Position numbers and translations under genes: made by a program
Source of the DNA: an uncultured Gemmatimonadales bacterium
GTDB taxonomy: Bacteria > Gemmatimonadota > Gemmatimonadetes > Gemmatimonadales > GWC2-71-9
Length of the DNA stretch: 64,000 nt
Assembly (NCBI GenBank): GCA_963825055.1
Contig: CAWGSK010000009.1
Location: 128,001-192,000 of the forward strand
Direction: 5' to 3'
Notes under the pieces: generated by a model
Database searches by the model: none
Told to the model about the DNA's origin: nothing
Seen by the model: only the letters and a program-made list of their open reading frames with translations
Shown: positions 58,969-64,000 of the stretch, one piece after another
Position numbering within the stretch: the first letter of the stretch is position 1
Layout of the letters: the number at the start of each line of letters is the position of its first letter

Positions 58969-59847
58969 TCAAAACACCTTGAACTGCACCGTCAGCTTCC
59001 CAGGATCGGCCTTGATGCTGTTCAGCAGCTCGCGCATGCTGCTGGTCATGTCCCGCAGCTCGGTGTAGAACGTCGTGTCCGTGGCCAGTTTTCCCAGTGT
59101 CCCCTGGCCGCGGTTGACCGCGGAGAGCAGCGAGTCAAGGCTGGCGCCCGTGCGCTCGAACTGCATTGTCATCCGGTTCAGGCTCGTGGTGAGACTGTCG
59201 GTCCGCTGCAGCGTGTTCCGCAAGCCCGGGCTGCCCAGGGTTTCCGTCAGCTGCTCACTGAGTTCCTGCATTGAAGCGAGGGTGCGGTTGGCCTGGGCGG
59301 TCGAGGCGGGCAGCTGGGTGGCCATCACGTCCGCGAGCCGGCGGAGCGAGTTGATCATCGCCCGCATGTCATCAGCGGTCTGCTGGTTCAGGAAGGTCTG
59401 GGCTCCCATCAGGACCGTATCCGCGCGGTCTCCCAGCCTGGCGGCCAGGTCGCTGAGCCCACTTTCCACCTCGCCGTCGATGGGCGTGCCGGGAGGCAGT
59501 GGGGCTCCCGTCCCCGGATCAAGGACGATAGCCACGTCGCCCACCAGGCCGACGCTCACGATCGTGGCCTTCGCGTCCGCCTTCGGCTCCACCTTGTCGA
59601 GCCCTACCGTCACGAGAACATCGTTGAGGCTCCGGAGTTCGATCTGCTCGACCCGGCCGACGGACACGCCCGAGACGGTCACGGGGGAGCCCGTCTTCAG
59701 GTTGCCGATTTCCGGGAAGCGGATCGGGAGGTGTCCCCCCGAGCCGAAGGACCGTCCCGAGAGCCACATCGTCCCGAGGATGAAGAGGATGATACCCAGG
59801 AGGACGAGGCCCCCGACGGTGACTTCACGCTGGTAGTGGAGATCCAT
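58969..59847 (-). CDS. mlaD: MlaD/MCE family protein
   Basis: N-terminal TM; LKTGSPVTVSGVSVGRV, GLVGD, GQGTLGKL. Confidence 0.9.
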   Translation of the reverse strand: MDLHYQREVTVGGLVLLGIILFILGTMWLSGRSFGSGGHLPIRFPEIGNLKTGSPVTVSGVSVGRVEQIELRSLNDVLVTVGLDKVEPKADAKATIVSVGLVGDVAIVLDPGTGAPLPPGTPIDGEVESGLSDLAARLGDRADTVLMGAQTFLNQQTADDMRAMINSLRRLADVMATQLPASTAQANRTLASMQELSEQLTETLGSPGLRNTLQRTDSLTTSLNRMTMQFERTGASLDSLLSAVNRGQGTLGKLATDTTFYTELRDMTSSMRELLNSIKADPGKLTVQFKVF

Positions 59848-59855
59848 GGATACCG

Positions 59856-60608
59856 TCAGGCCGCGTAGGAGGAATCTTCAAAATCGCGCTCGAGGAACGC
59901 CTTCACCTTCGGGTTGTCCGACTCCCGGAATTCCTGCTGCGTTCCCTGGAGCACGATGCATCCGTCACTGAGCAGCGCCAGGCGGTCCGAGACGCGGAAG
60001 GCACCCCGCACGTCGTGGGTTACCATGATGCTGGTCACGCCCAGCTCCTCCGCCAGCCGCTTGACCAGCTCATCGATGATGTCGGCGTTCACGGGGTCGA
60101 GTCCGGAGGTAGGCTCGTCGTACAGGAGGTATTTGGGGCTCCCAGCCACCGCGCGTGCGATGCCCACCCGCTTCCGCATCCCGCCGGACAGCTCGGCGGG
60201 GTACTTCTGCGCCACGTCGGGAGCCAGGTTCACCAGTCCAAGCGTCTCGGGTACCCGCTTGCGGCAGTAGTCCATGCTGCCATAACACTCCTGGTCCGCG
60301 ATGCCGAGCCGGATGTTTTCGAAGACGTTCATCGAGTCGAAGAGAGCCCCGTTCTGGAAGACATACCCGATCCGGGTCCGGAGTTCCGCCAGTTCCTTCC
60401 GCTTCAGGTGTCCTACGTCCCTGTCATCCACCAGGACCCGGCCGCTGTCGGGTCGGATGAGGCCGATGATGTGCTTGAGCAGGACGCTCTTGCCGGTGCC
60501 GGACGGGCCCAGGAGCGCGACCGTCTCCCCCTCCTCGACGCTGAAGTCCACCCCGTCCAGGACCACCTGGTCGCCAAAGCGTTTGTGCACGTTCTCGAGC
60601 TGAATCAT
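59856..60608 (-). CDS. mlaF: MlaF-like ABC ATPase
   Basis: GPSGTGKS, FQNGALFDSM, LSGGMRKRVG, YDEPTSGLDP. Confidence 0.92.
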   Translation of the reverse strand: MIQLENVHKRFGDQVVLDGVDFSVEEGETVALLGPSGTGKSVLLKHIIGLIRPDSGRVLVDDRDVGHLKRKELAELRTRIGYVFQNGALFDSMNVFENIRLGIADQECYGSMDYCRKRVPETLGLVNLAPDVAQKYPAELSGGMRKRVGIARAVAGSPKYLLYDEPTSGLDPVNADIIDELVKRLAEELGVTSIMVTHDVRGAFRVSDRLALLSDGCIVLQGTQQEFRESDNPKVKAFLERDFEDSSYAA

Positions 60609-61393
60609 TTGTTGAGGAGGATCTTGGCGAGGAGGGTGTCGAACAGCAGGATAATGACCGAACTGCTCACGACCGCCATGGTGGTCGCCTTGCCCACGCC
60701 CTCAGCTCCCTGCTTGGTATTGAAGCCCATATAGCACGGGATGAGGGTGATGGCCCCGGCGAAGAAGAACGCCTTGATGAGGGAGTACCAGGCATCGAAT
60801 GGGCGCCAGTAGTACTGGGCGCCGTAGATGAAGTCCGCGTTGGTCAGCGGCAGCACCTGCTTCGCCGAATACCAGCCCGCAGCGATCCCGATGATATTGG
60901 CGAACACCACCAGGACAGGCACCATGACCAGCCCTGCCAGCACCCGGGGAATGATCAGGTGCGAAGCCGGGTTCCTCCCCAGGCTTTCCAGGGCGTCGAT
61001 CTGTTCGGTGACCCGCATCGTGCCGAGCTCAGCGGCGTAGCGGGCCCCGATCCGGCCGGCGAGGATGAGCCCCGTCAGGACCGGTCCGAGTTCGAGCACG
61101 ATGGAACTGACGACCAGCGTGCCGACCACGTAGAGAGGCAGGCTCGACTGGAACTGGTACCCGGTCTGGAGTGCCGTCACCGCGCCGGCAAAACCGGAGA
61201 TCAGGAGCACGATGAAAAGGCTGCCGACCCCGATGTTCCAGGCTTCGATGAAGGTCCGCGGCAGCCAGATCCGCCATTCCGGCAGGGCACGGACGAGTTC
61301 GGCCACGAGAGCGCTGATCCGGCCCACGTGGGCAAGGATGCCCATGGTCGTTCGTCCCACCCAGCGGGGTACAGCCAGGACGGCAGTCGGCAT
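60605..61393 (-). CDS. mlaE: MlaE family ABC permease
   Basis: ELGPVLTGLILAGRIG, AELGTMRVTEQIDAL, GAEGVGKATT. Confidence 0.93.
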   Translation of the reverse strand: MPTAVLAVPRWVGRTTMGILAHVGRISALVAELVRALPEWRIWLPRTFIEAWNIGVGSLFIVLLISGFAGAVTALQTGYQFQSSLPLYVVGTLVVSSIVLELGPVLTGLILAGRIGARYAAELGTMRVTEQIDALESLGRNPASHLIIPRVLAGLVMVPVLVVFANIIGIAAGWYSAKQVLPLTNADFIYGAQYYWRPFDAWYSLIKAFFFAGAITLIPCYMGFNTKQGAEGVGKATTMAVVSSSVIILLFDTLLAKILLNK

Positions 61394-61478
61394 GCATCCT
61401 CAGGGTCATAATGATGGAGGTTCCGGCGGCGGCAGGCCATCTCCTCCCGTGGTGCGGCTGGCTGTATCTTGGAGCCCC

Positions 61479-62156
61479 ATGCCCGCAAAGTCTACCCCTT
61501 ACGTCACGCGCCATGCCGTGGATTTCCGCCGCCGGCTCCTGCACTGGTTCCGTCGCCACGGCCGTGACCTGCCGTGGCGGCAGACCCGTGACCCGTACCG
61601 GGTCCTGGTCTCGGAGTTCATGCTCCAGCAGACCCAGGTCTCCCGCGTGGAGCAGTACTACCCCGCCTTCCTGTCCGCATTCCCCAGTATTCACGCCCTC
61701 GCCGCCGCGGCGCCTTCCCGGGTTCGGGAACGATGGGAGGGACTGGGTTACTACCGTCGCGCGGCCAACCTCCACCGGCTGGCGCGGGTCGTGGTGGATG
61801 AATGGGAGGGAGTCGTGCCGGATCAGGTCGAGGCGCTGCGCCGGCTGCCGGGTGTCGGCCGGTACACGGCCGGGGCCGTGGCCTCCTTCGCCTTCGAACA
61901 GGCCGAACCCGCGGTCGACACCAACGTGTCCCGGGTCATCCGGCGCGTGTTTCACCCGCGCCGGGACACCACTGAGCGGCGCGTCTGGACCACCGCAGCA
62001 GCCATCCTGCCGCGGCGCCGCTCAAACGCCTGGTCCTTCAATCAGGCGATCATGGAACTCGGCGCCATGGTGTGCACGGCCAGAGTGAAGAAGTGCGGGG
62101 TGTGCCCGGTGAGGCCGGTGTGCAGGAGCAGTGAGAACGTGAGAAGTGAGAAGTGA
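61479..62156 (+). CDS. mutY: A/G-specific adenine glycosylase, catalytic domain only
   Basis: RDLPWR, VSEFMLQQTQV, WEGLGYY, HhH LPGVGRYTA, VDTNV, Fe-S motif C-x6-C-x2-C-x5-C. Confidence 0.9.
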   Translation: MPAKSTPYVTRHAVDFRRRLLHWFRRHGRDLPWRQTRDPYRVLVSEFMLQQTQVSRVEQYYPAFLSAFPSIHALAAAAPSRVRERWEGLGYYRRAANLHRLARVVVDEWEGVVPDQVEALRRLPGVGRYTAGAVASFAFEQAEPAVDTNVSRVIRRVFHPRRDTTERRVWTTAAAILPRRRSNAWSFNQAIMELGAMVCTARVKKCGVCPVRPVCRSSENVRSEK

Positions 62157-62195
62157 GAAGAGAACCTTCTCACTTCGTGCTCACCACCTCTCACT
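62130..62195. repeat. Inverted heptamer arrays (GTGAGAA)n/(TTCTCAC)n
   Basis: gtgagaacgtgagaagtgagaagtgagaag then cttctcacttc...tctcac; overlaps the mutY stop; convergent junction. Confidence 0.7.
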
Positions 62196-62213
62196 GCACG
62201 CTTTGCTGCGCAG

Positions 62214-62657
62214 TTATCGAAGGGCTCCCGCCACCAGGGCGATCAGACCCAGCGTGCCCGAAATGCTGCTCCAGAGCCGCTGGCGGTCCCGCAGGAGCTT
62301 GACGTAGTCCGTATACTCCCCGGCCGGATCGAGCCGGGCGAGCTTGCCGGCGGTCGGGACGGTCACGGCGAGGGTGATGATACCCGCCGCAAAGCCGGCG
62401 ATCGTCATGACCAGGAGCCACATCGGGGGCATCCCGCCATAGAGCTGCATGGTCATAATGATGCCGGTGAAGAGCACCGCGCCCGCACCAGGCCCCACGA
62501 GGACACGCGCCACACCCGCCTGGAGGCGCGCGAGTACGGCCAGCGACACGGGATCCTCCCGCCTGGCAAAGACCCGCATGACCATCATGGACAGCGCGCC
62601 ACCAAGCCACAGGACAAAGCCGAGCATGTGGAGGAAGAGCCAGACACGGTGCATCAT
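62214..62657 (-). CDS. Four-TM membrane protein (DUF2269/CopD-like)
   Basis: FLHMLGFVLWLGG, four hydrophobic helices. Confidence 0.65.
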   Translation of the reverse strand: MMHRVWLFLHMLGFVLWLGGALSMMVMRVFARREDPVSLAVLARLQAGVARVLVGPGAGAVLFTGIIMTMQLYGGMPPMWLLVMTIAGFAAGIITLAVTVPTAGKLARLDPAGEYTDYVKLLRDRQRLWSSISGTLGLIALVAGALR

Positions 62658-63079
62658 TTGCTCCGGGCGACAAGGGCTGGATCAAGGGGCTGCCGGCCGC
62701 CGAACCCGGCCTCGATCTCATGCCAGTGGGTGATGCGCGGCTCACCAAGCCGCCAGCACAGGAACACCAGGCGATCATCCATCAGCGTATAGAAATCCAC
62801 CAGGCCGGCGTCGAATCCCTTGAACAGGCATCCGACCTGCTTGAGTTCCTCGAGATAGCCGTTGATCCGCTCGGCCAGGCCGGAGACGGCGTCGCGTGCC
62901 TCGAGCAGCTCCGGGGTCTCTCCCCAGTCCGCCCGCGCGCCGCCGGTGATGACTTCGTACCGGGCCACTGCCTCGCGCCAGAGGGGATAGTCCGCCTGGA
63001 GGTCCCGCACGATGCGGGATACGAGCGGGAGGGTGCGCTCGGCTTCTTCCAGCGTGAAGATCCGTACATCATCCTTCAT
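62654..63079 (-). CDS. DUF2203 family protein
   Basis: FTLEEAERTLP, GCLFKG..GLVDF, FLCWRLGEPRITHWH..AGFGGRQPL. Confidence 0.9.
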   Translation of the reverse strand: MKDDVRIFTLEEAERTLPLVSRIVRDLQADYPLWREAVARYEVITGGARADWGETPELLEARDAVSGLAERINGYLEELKQVGCLFKGFDAGLVDFYTLMDDRLVFLCWRLGEPRITHWHEIEAGFGGRQPLDPALVARSK

Positions 63080-63171
63080 GATCAGCCCCGGACGATATTG
63101 ACCACCACGACACCCCGGGCGACTCGCCTGCAGCCTCGCCCCGTGATCGGCTGTCGCTCAATCCACACAAG

Positions 63172-64000
63172 TTAACGGGGCCGGACCGCCCGGTCGCGCC
63201 ATGCCGTGATTGCTTCCCGGGTCGCCCGTGCACCCTCCCCGGCGAACCGCGCCGCCGCGTCCACCCGGAAGGTGGCCTCGCGGGGCAGCGACGGCCGCAC
63301 GTAGACGAGGGGCGGCCGGCCAGCCGAGGCGCGCCAGAGCGCCAGGTGGCTGCGGATGTTCTCCGCCATCAGGATGCCCGTCATCTCGTCGTGTGCGCGG
63401 ACCAGCGCGGGGAGCGACGGACCGCTTTCCGCAGCGGTCTCGTCTGCTCCGGGGCCGACGTTGACCGCCACCACCAGCTCCGCGCCCGTGTCCGCTGCCA
63501 CCTCGAGCGGCAGGACGGCCCGGAGCCCGCCATCCAGGTACCTCCGCCCGCTGATCACGACAGCGGGATAGTAGAGCGGGAGGGCCGTGGTGGCCGCGAG
63601 GGCGTCCATCAAGGGCACGTCCCGTCCACGATGCCCGAACAGCACCAGTTCGCCGGAGTCCGCATCCACGGCGGTGACCGTGAGCGGAAGCGGAAGTTCA
63701 TCGAAGCGACGCGCCGGGATCAGCCGCTCGAAGGTCCCACGGAGCGGCCCCGGCTTGAGCAGCGAATCGAGGAAGAGCGCACGCAGCGCCAGCAGGGGCC
63801 GGTTGACCGCCACGTCCTCGCGACGGATGCCGCCGACCCGCTCCATCACGGTGTCGGCGTCGAGCCCCGCGGCAAATGCAGCCGCCACCACCGCGCCCAG
63901 TGACGTGCCGATGTACTCGACCGGTGCGAGCCCCGCCTCCACCAGCGCCCGTTGGGCGCCGATCTGCGCGGAAGCCTTGGCCCCGCCACCGCCAAAGACG
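63172..64000 (-). CDS. Patatin-like phospholipase (5' end at or outside the window edge)
   Basis: VFGGGGAK at the edge, GTSLG nucleophile, YLDGG. Confidence 0.9.
   Translation of the reverse strand, partial: VFGGGGAKASAQIGAQRALVEAGLAPVEYIGTSLGAVVAAAFAAGLDADTVMERVGGIRREDVAVNRPLLALRALFLDSLLKPGPLRGTFERLIPARRFDELPLPLTVTAVDADSGELVLFGHRGRDVPLMDALAATTALPLYYPAVVISGRRYLDGGLRAVLPLEVAADTGAELVVAVNVGPGADETAAESGPSLPALVRAHDEMTGILMAENIRSHLALWRASAGRPPLVYVRPSLPREATFRVDAAARFAGEGARATREAITAWRDRAVRPR

Noticed and set aside
1..64000. Prophage, IS element or known anti-phage defence island
   Set aside because: No integrase, transposase, phage structural gene, terminal inverted repeats or recognisable defence gene; the patatin sits among housekeeping-type genes.

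Overview
GC-rich bacterial chromosomal window of about 60 genes. It is most consistent with Gemmatimonadota (inference from the Ser/Thr kinase signature LKHQRPVALKVLRRELAATLGAERFLREIEIAARLHHPH and the overall gene content). I found no rRNA, tRNA, CRISPR array, integrase or transposase. From left to right: a four-gene peptide/amide-ligase cluster (esterase, ATP-grasp, circularly permuted ATP-grasp, YbdK-like ligase cut by the window edge); small stress genes (CsbD, DUF1328, Rho_N protein, MscS); glutamate dehydrogenase; a HEAT-like/HD-GYP pair sharing an N-terminal domain; cardiolipin synthase; a ~19-29.7 kb block where every recognisable gene carries indels (probably low-quality long-read consensus); a UvrD helicase with an embedded DEDDh exonuclease; a secreted beta-propeller trio; a Na+/solute symporter; a DUF2946/CruR-like Cys/His leader ORF upstream of a Met/His-rich outer-membrane protein; a KaiC-like ATPase with a hybrid kinase next to a class II photolyase; rnz, mlaEFD, a short mutY and a patatin. 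Many intergenic regions hold 7-8-mer tandem arrays, often as inverted pairs. All product calls come from motif recognition by eye; no database searches were run.
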